Shown here: positions 9,310-18,932 of the stretch, in pieces | Layout of the letters: the number at the start of each line of letters is the position of its first letter | How positions within the stretch are numbered: the first letter of the stretch is position 1 | Source of the DNA: Erysipelotrichaceae bacterium | Lineage (GTDB): Bacteria; Bacillota_I; Bacilli_A; Erysipelotrichales; Erysipelotrichaceae | Assembly (NCBI GenBank): GCA_015058955.1 | Contig: SVBJ01000004.1 | Span: forward strand, 29,382 to 93,381 | Direction of reading: 5' to 3' | DNA length: 64,000 nucleotides | Position numbers and translations under genes: made by a program | Notes under the pieces: model-generated | The model's input: the letters and a program-made list of their open reading frames with translations, nothing else | Told to the model about the DNA's origin: nothing | The model's database searches: none

Positions 9310-11268
9310 ATGATTATCGCTATGAAACCGATAGAATTGAACAAGTTTGAGGATTTTAAATTCCTTTCAGCTCTGAAACTGTCAGGAAAGGGAAATGAAA
9401 TCTTTTTTGTGGTTACCAAGGTTGATAAGGAAAACAACGGTTATCTCCAGCAGTTAAACGCCATCAACGTCCGTAGCCGTAAGGTAAGAGAAGTTACAGG
9501 ATGGGAAAAGAGAATCAATTGTGTAGTCCTGAAGGACGGTGATTTCCTGATTGAACCGGATAAGGATCGCAAGGATGTATCGATCTTTAAGAAAATCGAG
9601 GGAAAAAAGCCGAAAAAGGCCTTTGAGATCGCTCTGCCGGTAGGCAGGATCATTGACCTGGATGAGGAAAGCTTCATCGTATCCTCAACCACCAACATGA
9701 GATGTCCGAACTACTTCGCTCTTGATGAGGAAGGCAAGAAGGCTCAGGATCAGAAGGTTAAGGATAACGAAGACTACATCGTCTTTGATGAATATCCGTT
9801 TGTCTTCAATGGCGCCGGTGTCATCAACGGCAACCGTAATTCGCTGTTTCTGGTTGATAAGAAGACTCTGGCCATTAAGAAGATCGTTCCTGATACCTTT
9901 GATGTTTCCAGCTTTGAGATAATCAACGGCAAACTGGTATTCTGCGCTAACGACTTCACGACCTTCAAGACCAAGTGGGACAAGATCTATCAGTATGATA
10001 AGAAGAAGGATAAGGTAACTCTGCTGTATGGTGAAACCATGCAGACTCACAGGGTATTTGAGGAAAACGGCAAGCTCTATGTCAAGGGTACCTTCGGTAA
10101 GGACTGGGGCGAAATGGAAGCCGGCAAGTTCTATGAACTGAAGAAAGGCAAGATGGAATTGAGAATTGATACCGAGTTTTCAATGTATAATTCCGTCGGT
10201 TCCGACAGCCGTTACGGCCGTAACAAGAACTATGACAGGGTTGATGGTGTTAACTACTTCATCACCTGTGATAAGGACAAATCAGTACTGCTGAAGATCG
10301 AAAACGACCAGTTGAAGAAAGTCATCGACATCGACGGATGCGTTGACGACTTCGTCAAGGTTGGAAACAGGTTCTTCATCATCGGTATGATGGGTCAGAA
10401 TCTGCAGGAGATCTGTGAAGTTAAGAATAATAATGTCACGGTTTTGACCGAATTCAACAAGGCAATATTCAAGGGTTACTATGTGGCCAAACCTGAAAAG
10501 GTTACGGTCAAGAAGGCCATTGACATTGATGGCTGGGTCTTAAAGCCGATCAATTATGATAAAAAAAAGAAATATCCGGCAATTCTGGATATTCATGGCG
10601 GTCCTAAGACAGCATATGGTGAGATCTATTATCACGAAATGCAGCACTGGGCTTCCAAGGGATACTTCGTCATGTTCTGCAATCCGAGAGGATCTGACGG
10701 CAAGGGCAACCTGTTTGCGGACCTGCGCCATCAGTTCGGCGGCATTGACTATCAGGACATCATGATGTTTGTCGATAAGGTTCTGGAAACCTATCCGGCA
10801 ATTGACAGTGAGAGACTGGGTGTTACCGGCGGCAGCTATGGCGGATACATGACCAACTGGATCATCGGGCAGACAGACCGCTTCAAGGCTGCAGCTACCC
10901 AGAGATCGATCTCCAACTGGATCACGGAAGTTGGTGTAAGTGACTATGGCATTGACTTCCCGATCGAACAGCAGTTCGGTGATCTGTATCACTGTGCTGA
11001 GGAACTCTGGGGCATGTCTCCGCTGAAGTATGTCAATAATGCGGTAACTCCGACATTGTTCATCCATTCTACGGAAGACTACCGCTGTCCGGTACCTGAA
11101 GCCTTACAGCTGTATACTGCTCTGACCTGCCGTGGTGTAGAAACCAGGATGGTACTGTTCAAGGGTGAAAACCATGAGCTCTCCCGTGGCGGTAAGCCGG
11201 CTCACCGTGTCAGAAGACTGCAGGAGATTACCGGCTGGATGGATAAGCATTTAAATCCGGAGGTATAA
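9310..11268 (+). CDS. S9 family serine peptidase (prolyl oligopeptidase / acylaminoacyl-peptidase type)
   Basis: C-terminal alpha/beta-hydrolase domain with GGSYGGYM (Ser), EDYRCP (Asp) and GENHELS (His). N-terminal propeller-like region. The start could be the ATG at 9322. Confidence 0.87.
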   Translation: MIIAMKPIELNKFEDFKFLSALKLSGKGNEIFFVVTKVDKENNGYLQQLNAINVRSRKVREVTGWEKRINCVVLKDGDFLIEPDKDRKDVSIFKKIEGKKPKKAFEIALPVGRIIDLDEESFIVSSTTNMRCPNYFALDEEGKKAQDQKVKDNEDYIVFDEYPFVFNGAGVINGNRNSLFLVDKKTLAIKKIVPDTFDVSSFEIINGKLVFCANDFTTFKTKWDKIYQYDKKKDKVTLLYGETMQTHRVFEENGKLYVKGTFGKDWGEMEAGKFYELKKGKMELRIDTEFSMYNSVGSDSRYGRNKNYDRVDGVNYFITCDKDKSVLLKIENDQLKKVIDIDGCVDDFVKVGNRFFIIGMMGQNLQEICEVKNNNVTVLTEFNKAIFKGYYVAKPEKVTVKKAIDIDGWVLKPINYDKKKKYPAILDIHGGPKTAYGEIYYHEMQHWASKGYFVMFCNPRGSDGKGNLFADLRHQFGGIDYQDIMMFVDKVLETYPAIDSERLGVTGGSYGGYMTNWIIGQTDRFKAAATQRSISNWITEVGVSDYGIDFPIEQQFGDLYHCAEELWGMSPLKYVNNAVTPTLFIHSTEDYRCPVPEALQLYTALTCRGVETRMVLFKGENHELSRGGKPAHRVRRLQEITGWMDKHLNPEV

Positions 11269-11271
11269 GAC

Positions 11272-12705
11272 ATGAAAGAATTTGATTTAAGCAGACCGCA
11301 GAATTTCTGGTTTAACGAAATAGCCAAGATTCCTCATCCTTCATTTAAGGAAAAGAAAATAAGCGACTTCATCGTACAGTTTGCCAAGGACAGAAATCTG
11401 GCCTGGAAACAGGATGAAGTATGGAACGTCATAGTGGAAAAACCGGCATCACCGGGATATGAAAATGCCACACCGCTGATTCTGCAGGCTCACATTGACA
11501 TGGTTCCGGCCAAGGTAGACGGGAGTACTCACAACTTCGAAACTGATCCGCTGGATCTGTACGTTGATGATGAAGGCTGGCTGCATGCCAGAGGAACAAC
11601 ACTGGGTGGGGATGACGGTCACGGTGTAGCCTACATGTTATCAGTACTTGATGATGACGAACTACCGCATCCGCCATTACAGTGCTTCTTCACTACCATG
11701 GAAGAAGTCGGACTGATCGGTTCAACCTATGTAAAAGCGGAAGATGTCAAAGCCGACCGCATGATCAACCTGGATGGCGGTGGGGAGACTTCAACCGGTG
11801 TCAGTGCCGCGGGTGGCTGTACGGTCCACATTCATCAGGATGTTGAATGGGTTGAAAATGACAAGCCAACCTATAAGCTCTGTGTTGACGGACTTACCGG
11901 GGGGCATTCCGGAGGAATGATCCATCTGGAAAAAGGCAACTCAATCGTCCTTGCAGCCCGTGCCATAGAAGAAGCCGTTGCCAGAGGAATGGACTTCGAA
12001 CTGGTAAGCTTTACCGGCGGGGAAAAGAACAATGCCATTCCAAGAGTGGCAGCCATAACCTTCGCGTCCGATACCTCATTTGAAAAGATCGCCCGGTTAA
12101 TAAAGGAAAGTGAAGATCATATCAAAACAGAACTTGAATTCTCCGATGGCGGTGTTACTGTTAAGGTAGAGGAAACGGAAAAATCAGATAAGTGCATCAG
12201 GGATGGCATTAAGATCGTCGACTGTGCCTATCTGATGCCTAATGGATTCCAGCACCGTTCCATGGTCATTGAAGGGTTGACGGTCACTTCTCTGAACCTG
12301 GGTGTGGTAACAACCAGTGAAAGTGAAGTAGTTCTGGATACCCTGATCAGAAGTGCCATTGACAGCGCTGCCCATGATCTTAAGGACAGACTGCACATAC
12401 TGGCTGACAGACTTGGGCTCAGATTCGAACTGGTGGGAATATTCTCCGGCTGGAATTATGAACCGGTTTCTCCAATGCGTGAACTGCTGAGGGAAACGGT
12501 AAGGAAATACGGCAACGAGCTGAGTGAACATGCCGGACATGGCGGAAACGAATGCGGTGTGTTCAAGGCTCTTAATCCAAAACTGGATATCATCACCTTC
12601 GGTCCGAAGGGTACGGATGTCCATACTCCAAATGAAAAATTAAACTTAGACAGTTTTGAGCGCTCATATCAGATGCTGAAAGATATGATAAGCGCCTGTA
12701 AATAG
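11272..12705 (+). CDS. pepD: M20 family aminoacyl-histidine dipeptidase (PepD-like)
   Basis: 477 aa with LQAHIDMV, GGDDGHGVAY and TTMEEVGLIGS motifs. GGAGG lies 8 nt upstream. Confidence 0.82.
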   Translation: MKEFDLSRPQNFWFNEIAKIPHPSFKEKKISDFIVQFAKDRNLAWKQDEVWNVIVEKPASPGYENATPLILQAHIDMVPAKVDGSTHNFETDPLDLYVDDEGWLHARGTTLGGDDGHGVAYMLSVLDDDELPHPPLQCFFTTMEEVGLIGSTYVKAEDVKADRMINLDGGGETSTGVSAAGGCTVHIHQDVEWVENDKPTYKLCVDGLTGGHSGGMIHLEKGNSIVLAARAIEEAVARGMDFELVSFTGGEKNNAIPRVAAITFASDTSFEKIARLIKESEDHIKTELEFSDGGVTVKVEETEKSDKCIRDGIKIVDCAYLMPNGFQHRSMVIEGLTVTSLNLGVVTTSESEVVLDTLIRSAIDSAAHDLKDRLHILADRLGLRFELVGIFSGWNYEPVSPMRELLRETVRKYGNELSEHAGHGGNECGVFKALNPKLDIITFGPKGTDVHTPNEKLNLDSFERSYQMLKDMISACK

Positions 12706-12717
12706 GAGGTTATGCAT

Positions 12718-13290
12718 ATGTCAAAGGGATTAGTAGTTATTTTAAGCGGTGCCAGCTCTGTAGGTAAGGGCGGGATCAGAGACAAGCTGCTGGAAGACAA
12801 GGACATGAATCTGTTCTTCTCCATTTCCGAGACCACGCGTCCGCAGAAGGAAGGGGAAGTTGACGGAAAGGATTACTACTTTGTCAGCCACAAGGATTTC
12901 GCCAATTCAGTAAAGAACAGAGAACTGTTGGAATATACCGAGTTTAACGGATATTACTATGGCACGCCTAAGGCTCAGGTCAAGTTCCTTACTGATAAGG
13001 GCAAGAACGTTCTGATCGAAGTTGAAGCTCAGGGCGTTGGTCCAATCAAGCTGAACATTCCTGATGCTCTGGCATTCTTCGTCATGCCAAAGAGCTTTGA
13101 AGATCTGGAAAAGCAGATCCATGAGATTTACAAGGATGATGAAGCTTCCATTACCCGCCGTCTTAACAAGGCCAAGATGGATATGGAAATAGCTCCTTTA
13201 TTCAGAAACATTGTGTATAACGATGATACCGAAAAGGCCTTCAACGACATTAAGAAAGTCGTCATGGCAGAACTGGAGAAGAGAAAATAA
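12718..13290 (+). CDS. gmk: Guanylate kinase
   Basis: P-loop GASSVGKGG, TTRPQKEGEVDGKDYYFVS, LLEYTEFNGYYYGT. Start set at the second ATG (12718, 8 nt after GGAGG). Confidence 0.87.
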   Translation: MSKGLVVILSGASSVGKGGIRDKLLEDKDMNLFFSISETTRPQKEGEVDGKDYYFVSHKDFANSVKNRELLEYTEFNGYYYGTPKAQVKFLTDKGKNVLIEVEAQGVGPIKLNIPDALAFFVMPKSFEDLEKQIHEIYKDDEASITRRLNKAKMDMEIAPLFRNIVYNDDTEKAFNDIKKVVMAELEKRK

Positions 13291-14531
13291 TGAAGAAATG
13301 GCAATTGGAAAAACTGGCCAGAGTACTCGTCAGGACCGGTGTAAACATCCAGCCTGGCGAGACCATGGTCTTACAGACAGATACAGTGGCTATTGACTTA
13401 GCCAGAGAAATCGTAAAGGAAGCTTTTGCGGCCGGGGCAGCTGATGTTGAAGCCTTCATTGAAGATGCTGAGATCAATCATCAGAAAGCTCTGAACTGTT
13501 CCGTTGAAACACTGAGAAATCTTCCTGAATGGAAAAAGGAAGCCATCGATTCCATCTTACGCACCGGCAAGGGTGTTCAGATGGGCGTCCGTGCTTCCCG
13601 TCCTTCCATCAATGCAGATGTTCCGGATGATCATCTGAAGGCACAGGCATTTGCCGGCAACGAGCTGCGCAATGTTGTCCGTAACTACATTCATCAGGGA
13701 TGTCTGAAATGGACCGGAACAGTCTATCCTTCAATGGAATGGGCTAAGAAGGTCTGGCCGGAATGTGATGATGAAACAGCATACCGGAATCTGGAAAACG
13801 CCATCTGCAAGATGATGCGTGTTGATGAAGACAGTGATCCGGTTGAAAACTGGAAGAAGCACTGTGAAAACCTCTCCGTTAGAAGCAAGAAGCTCAATGA
13901 CTTCAACTTCAAGTCACTGCACATCACTTCTGAACTGGGAACTGATCTGACCATGGATCTGGTTGAAGATCACATCTGGTGTTCAGCCGGGGAAATGGGT
14001 GCTCAGAATGTCAACGCTCCTTACGTTGCCAACATGCCTACGGAAGAAGTATTCAGCGACCCTGACTTCAGAAGCGTTAACGGCATTGCCTATGCTTCAT
14101 TCCCGCTGTTTATCTCCGGCAAGCTGGTTACGGATTTCTGGATCAGATTTGAAAACGGCAAGGCTGTTGACTGCGGGGCTTCCAGCAATGTTGAATTCCT
14201 GAGAGAAGCCCTGTTCAGAGACGAAACGACCAGACAGCTGGGCGAAGTAGCTCTGGTATCCAAGCAGTCACCGATCAGACAGATGGGAAAGGTTTTCTAC
14301 AACGGTCTTATCGATGAGAATGCTGCCTGCCACCTGGCTTTCGGTGCCAGCTTCCCTGACTGTGTTAAAAACGGTACGGAAATGACTAAGGAAGAACTCA
14401 TCGCCAGAGGCGTTAACTTCTCAGTAAGCCACAATGACTTCATGATCGGCAGTGATGATATCAAGGTTGTGGGAACAACTCATGATGGCCGTCAGATCAC
14501 GGTCATGGAGCATGGTGATTTCGTAATATAG
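13290..14531 (+). CDS. M29 family aminopeptidase (AmpS/PepS/aminopeptidase T type)
   Basis: 413 aa. N-terminus LARVLVRTGVNIQPGE…LARE IVKEAFAAGA is typical of M29. The ATG overlaps the gmk stop (TAATG). Confidence 0.82.
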   Translation: MKKWQLEKLARVLVRTGVNIQPGETMVLQTDTVAIDLAREIVKEAFAAGAADVEAFIEDAEINHQKALNCSVETLRNLPEWKKEAIDSILRTGKGVQMGVRASRPSINADVPDDHLKAQAFAGNELRNVVRNYIHQGCLKWTGTVYPSMEWAKKVWPECDDETAYRNLENAICKMMRVDEDSDPVENWKKHCENLSVRSKKLNDFNFKSLHITSELGTDLTMDLVEDHIWCSAGEMGAQNVNAPYVANMPTEEVFSDPDFRSVNGIAYASFPLFISGKLVTDFWIRFENGKAVDCGASSNVEFLREALFRDETTRQLGEVALVSKQSPIRQMGKVFYNGLIDENAACHLAFGASFPDCVKNGTEMTKEELIARGVNFSVSHNDFMIGSDDIKVVGTTHDGRQITVMEHGDFVI

Positions 14532-14541
14532 GAGGTGGCGT

Positions 14542-15828
14542 ATGGCTGTCTCCAATCAGGAATTCCTGGTAACAGGCGTACCGTCTGTTGATTCCCTGAA
14601 ATCCAAGATATTAAGCTACCGTCAGCAGGGCATTTTGCTTGATAAGTGGCTGGAAAAGAGAATTGAAAACATCCTTCCGCAGGTAATGAAGAATGCCGGC
14701 ATTGACTGCTGGATCATTGCCAATAACGAGTATAATGAAGACCCTGTTTACTGGACAATTTCTCCATTTTCCTGCATTACCGCCAGAAGACTTACCATTC
14801 TTGTCTTCTATCTCAACAGTGAAGGAAAGATTGAAAGATACAGTGTTACCCGTTATCCGGTAGATAACTATGTTCAGAAATGGACTGATACCAGCATATC
14901 TCAGATGGATACGCTGGCAGCCTTCCTGAAACAACTGAATCCGGATAAGATCGGTGTTAACATGTCCAAGGACTTTGCCTATGCAGACGGTCTTTCAGTT
15001 ACTCTGTATAATGACATGATGACGGTGTTTGACGATGATCAGAAAAAGAAGGTCGTCTCAGCTGAAAACATTGCCGTTGGCTGGCTGGAAACCAGAAGCG
15101 AAGAGGAAATGGCAGCATACAATGACATCGTGGGCATTGCTCACACGATGATTGCGGAAGCCTATTCCAACAAGGTCATTCATCCGGGTGTTACCAGCGC
15201 TGATGATGTCAAGTACTGGATGATGGAAAAGACCGTTGAACTGGGTCTGGAACCGTGGTTTGACTATGAAGTATCCATCACCAGAGACGGACACATCCAT
15301 CTTGATGGCGATGAGGTCATTCTGCCGGGTGACATGCTGCATTGCGATGTCGGCTTCAGATATCTCAATCTGTGCACTGACACTCAGGAATTATGCTACA
15401 TCCTGAAAGATGATGAACTCGATGCTCCTGAGGATCTGAAACGGGCCATGAAGGTCACTAACAGACTGCAGGACATTGTCATTGAACACTTTAAGACCGG
15501 CAGTACCGGTAATGAAATACTGCTTGGTTCCTTAGCCCAGGCTGAAGAAGAAGGAATCGATGCAACCATTTATACCCATCCGTTGGGATTCCACGGCCAT
15601 GCTGCCGGGCCTACCATCGGCTTATGGGACATGCAGGGCGGTGTGCCTGGTTCAGGTGATTATCCGCTGCATGATAATACAGCTTACTCTCTGGAGCTGA
15701 ATGCGAAGGTATATGTTCCTTCTCTGGATAAAACCGTTCGCATGGCCATGGAGACAGACATTTTATATAAGGGTGGAAAGGTGTTCTTCCTGGCAGGAAG
15801 ACAGACACAGTTCCATCTGGTCAAGTAG
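14542..15828 (+). CDS. M24 family metallopeptidase (Xaa-Pro aminopeptidase/dipeptidase-like)
   Basis: 428 aa, pita-bread-fold-like C-terminal half (HCDVGFRY…HPLGFHGH…LELN…METD). Confidence 0.72.
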   Translation: MAVSNQEFLVTGVPSVDSLKSKILSYRQQGILLDKWLEKRIENILPQVMKNAGIDCWIIANNEYNEDPVYWTISPFSCITARRLTILVFYLNSEGKIERYSVTRYPVDNYVQKWTDTSISQMDTLAAFLKQLNPDKIGVNMSKDFAYADGLSVTLYNDMMTVFDDDQKKKVVSAENIAVGWLETRSEEEMAAYNDIVGIAHTMIAEAYSNKVIHPGVTSADDVKYWMMEKTVELGLEPWFDYEVSITRDGHIHLDGDEVILPGDMLHCDVGFRYLNLCTDTQELCYILKDDELDAPEDLKRAMKVTNRLQDIVIEHFKTGSTGNEILLGSLAQAEEEGIDATIYTHPLGFHGHAAGPTIGLWDMQGGVPGSGDYPLHDNTAYSLELNAKVYVPSLDKTVRMAMETDILYKGGKVFFLAGRQTQFHLVK

Positions 15829-15845
15829 TTAAGGAGGATTTGTTT

Positions 15846-17309
15846 ATGCCATGTACAACCATATTAGTTGGCAAGAAAGCCAGTTATGACGGTTCAACAA
15901 TGATCGCCAGAAACGATGATGGTTTCTACGATGTAAAGAAGCTGGTCGTTGTTCCACCAAAGAAACAGCCTAGAAAATACAAGAGCAAGATCGGTCAGCT
16001 GGAGATCGAACTCCCTGACAATCCGTTAAGCTATACTGCCTGCCCGACAGTCGGTGGCAAGCGCGGCATCTGGGCTGCAGCCGGCATCAACGAAGCAAAC
16101 GTTGGCATGTCTGCTACCGAGACCATTACTTCCAATGCGCTGGTATTGGGAGCTGACCCTCTGGTAAGACCAAAGAAGGCTACCAAGAGAGGGGAAAAGG
16201 ACATTCCGGGCGGCATCGGTGAAGAAGATCTGGTCGTACTGGTACTGCCATATATCCGTACAGCCAGAGAAGGTGTCATCCGTCTGGGTGAACTGCTGGA
16301 AAAATACGGTACCTATGAAATGAACGGCATTGCCTTCAATGATGAAGATGAGATCTGGTGGCTGGAAACCATCGGCGGACATCACTGGATGGCCAGAAGA
16401 GTCAAGGATGAGGAATATGTCATCATGCCTAACCAGTTAGGTATTGACTACTTTGATTTCAAGGATGCCTATGGTGAACAGAAGGAATTCATGTGTTCAA
16501 AAGATCTGAAGCAGTTTGTCAGGGATAATCATCTTGACCGCAATCAGGATAAGATCTTCAATCCTCGTAATGTCTTTGGCTCACATTCAGATTCTGACCA
16601 TGTCTATAACACTCCGCGTGCCTGGTTCATGGGACGTTACTTCAATCCAACCACTTACAAGTGGGAAGGTGATAACGCTGATTTCACACCGGAAAGCGAC
16701 AATATTCCTTGGTCATTTGTACCTGAACATAAGATCACGGTAGAAGAAGTCAAATACATTCTGTCTTCATACTATCAGGGTACCAAGTACAATCCTTATT
16801 CAGGTGTTGATTATCCTGAAAAGGGCATGTACAGATCCATCGGCATTGCCAGAACCGGCATGATGGCGATCTGTCAGATCAGAGGTTATGCTCCGGAAAA
16901 GCTGAAGGGCATTGAATGGATCTGCTTTGGATCAAATGCCTTCAACGTTGTTCTGCCGATTTACACCAGCACTGACAAGGTTCCTAAGTATCTCTCCGAA
17001 ACCACGGATGATGTTTCAACTGAAACATTCTACTGGGGCTCAAGACTGATCGGAGCCTTAGCTGATCCGCATTTCGGACAGTGCATTCAGCTGGTAGAAA
17101 GATATCAGGGTGCCGTAGCTGCTCAGTCTCATCAGATCATTAATGAATATGATAAGAAGATGAAAACTGCCAAGGATTTCACTCTGATTGATGAAGCCAA
17201 TGAAAAACTTGCCGAAATGGGCAAGAGAGAAACAATTAAGTGCCTGAATAATGTTCTTCTGGAAGCCAGCAAGCAGATGAAGAACAATTATAATCGCGCT
17301 GATAACTAA
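15846..17309 (+). CDS. C69 family dipeptidase
   Basis: Begins MPCTT (N-terminal Cys nucleophile typical of C69). GGAGG lies 8 nt upstream of the ATG at 15846. Confidence 0.85.
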   Translation: MPCTTILVGKKASYDGSTMIARNDDGFYDVKKLVVVPPKKQPRKYKSKIGQLEIELPDNPLSYTACPTVGGKRGIWAAAGINEANVGMSATETITSNALVLGADPLVRPKKATKRGEKDIPGGIGEEDLVVLVLPYIRTAREGVIRLGELLEKYGTYEMNGIAFNDEDEIWWLETIGGHHWMARRVKDEEYVIMPNQLGIDYFDFKDAYGEQKEFMCSKDLKQFVRDNHLDRNQDKIFNPRNVFGSHSDSDHVYNTPRAWFMGRYFNPTTYKWEGDNADFTPESDNIPWSFVPEHKITVEEVKYILSSYYQGTKYNPYSGVDYPEKGMYRSIGIARTGMMAICQIRGYAPEKLKGIEWICFGSNAFNVVLPIYTSTDKVPKYLSETTDDVSTETFYWGSRLIGALADPHFGQCIQLVERYQGAVAAQSHQIINEYDKKMKTAKDFTLIDEANEKLAEMGKRETIKCLNNVLLEASKQMKNNYNRADN

Positions 17310-17348
17310 AGGAACGCAAGTTTGAACTGCCCCACAAAAAGTGGACAC

Positions 17349-18227
17349 TTATAAAAAAGGGCGTGATGAAAGGTATGATAACCTGAATTGTACAGGGGTC
17401 ATGCCTTTTAATTTGCGTTGAGGTCTTCGATTGTTGTAGAAATCAATATATTCACCAACCATATTAATTAGTTGATCGTTAGTTTCAGGAACATCACCTA
17501 ATTCCAGACATTCAGATTTAAGATGTCCGAAGAAATTCTCACAGCACGCATTATCATAACAGTTAGCTTTACGAGAATGAGAAACAGTAACACTGTGGTC
17601 ATCAAGATATCTAATATAAGTTATGTTAGTATATTGGAATCCCTGGTCAGAATGAAGGCAGCAGAAAAGAGACTGATCCCATTTGTCGTTGATTACCTGT
17701 ACAACATTATCCATAACTAACTTCAAATCGTTAAACTTGGATATCTGATAGGCTATAATGGAATTGTCATAAAGGTCCTTGATCACGCTAAGATACATTC
17801 GGCCTTGTTGACTGTAAATGTAACTTACATCTGTCACTAACTTTTCCAGGGGTCGTGAAGCTGTGAAGTTACGGGCGAGGTAGTTTTCACAGACTATTCT
17901 CGCTTTTTCATTTGGATCTTCTTTTGTGCAGCACTGGAATCGCTTCTTCCTTATGGGAGAAGACAATCCCAGTATTTTCATGTATTTATAGATGGTTTTA
18001 TCGTTGTGCACTACTCCATAGCGTCTGAATATCTCGTCTTTGATGAATCTGTAACCTTTTTTCGTCTCATAGAATATCTTCTCTATCTCATCTGCCAGCC
18101 ATTCATCAAAACTGTATCTTATAGGCCTTCCCATCTTCAGCCATCGGTAATAGCCACTGGTGGATACTTTGAGATAATTACACAGTCTCTTTATCTTATA
18201 GTCTTCCTTCAGATCGTATACGACCAT
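17349..18227 (-). CDS. IS3-family transposase OrfB (DDE integrase domain)
   Basis: HSDQGFQY and DNACCENFFGHLKSE motifs. I translated the -1 frame by hand and it is open from the slippery site at 18269-18275 down to this ATG. Confidence 0.9.
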   Translation of the reverse strand: MVVYDLKEDYKIKRLCNYLKVSTSGYYRWLKMGRPIRYSFDEWLADEIEKIFYETKKGYRFIKDEIFRRYGVVHNDKTIYKYMKILGLSSPIRKKRFQCCTKEDPNEKARIVCENYLARNFTASRPLEKLVTDVSYIYSQQGRMYLSVIKDLYDNSIIAYQISKFNDLKLVMDNVVQVINDKWDQSLFCCLHSDQGFQYTNITYIRYLDDHSVTVSHSRKANCYDNACCENFFGHLKSECLELGDVPETNDQLINMVGEYIDFYNNRRPQRKLKGMTPVQFRLSYLSSRPFL

Positions 18228-18232
18228 ATACC

Positions 18233-18574
18233 TTAGTGCTCTCCGTAGTTTTTGCGGAGAGCCTTCACTTTTTTTAGTACTGCATTCTCCATCTTCAAAT
18301 GCTCAATCAGCTCATCTTTCGACAATTCATCAAGCTTTACTTTCTTTGGTCTTCCTTTCTGTACTCCGTCTTTCTTTCCCATATGTCTTCCATCTTGTTT
18401 CAAAAGTTCCGGATCCTGTTTGTACAACTTAACCCAATTCCACAATTGCGTATCAGATCTTAATCCCAATCTTCTTGTGGCTATTATTAGCCCTCCTATT
18501 TCCCCTCTAAGATACTTCTCTACTGCTTCTTTCTTGAATTCCGCTGAATACTTCTTGTTTGGTTTTCCTGCCAT
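18233..18574 (-). CDS. IS3-family transposase OrfA (HTH)
   Basis: MAGKPNKKYSAEFKKEAV…, preceded by GGAGGG. The listed upstream Met at 18598 lacks an RBS. Confidence 0.85.
   Translation of the reverse strand: MAGKPNKKYSAEFKKEAVEKYLRGEIGGLIIATRRLGLRSDTQLWNWVKLYKQDPELLKQDGRHMGKKDGVQKGRPKKVKLDELSKDELIEHLKMENAVLKKVKALRKNYGEH
18268..18275 (-). promoter_or_regulatory. Programmed -1 ribosomal frameshift site (A AAA AAA G)
   Basis: The minus strand reads CTA AAA AAA GTG (…VLKKV…) near the end of orfA. This is the classic IS3 slippery heptamer. Confidence 0.6.
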
Positions 18575-18932
18575 ATTAAAACCCTCCTGTACTTTCATTG
18601 TACAAGAGGGTATTCCTTTTTTATTTACTGTCCTTTTTCAATGGGGCAGTTCAGTTCCTTTTTTTGTTATATTGAAAATGAGGACTGGGGAATCATGAGA
18701 AATATTTATCCTGTTTTAATGTTGCTGGGTGCAACAGGCATATACCGTTATAATTTCAAACGATAATGATTTGAATAGTCAGGAGGTTTCTATTTGTGCT
18801 TTGTGAGCCACACTGTTTGGATTTCATTTTATACAAACGCTGTTTTCTGAGATGCCTGAAAGATGACGTTGACCGGGAAAAGAGAGTATAATATCAATAT
18901 AGGATTATTTATATAATAAAGGAGCGGAACAT

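Larger units (their letters stand above)
17323..18653 (-). mobile_element. IS3-family insertion sequence, apparently intact (1331 bp)
   Basis: Terminal inverted repeats TGAACTGCCCCA (17323-17334) and TGGGGCAGTTCA (18642-18653). GTT direct repeat at 17320-17322 and 18654-18656. orfA plus orfB in the -1 frame. Confidence 0.9.

Noticed and set aside
18695-18766. 23-codon hydrophobic ORF (MRNIYPVLMLLGATGIYRYNFKR) in the spacer between the IS and the aldo/keto reductase gene.
   Set aside because: It has only a weak RBS and no supporting features. It could be chance in AT-rich intergenic DNA.
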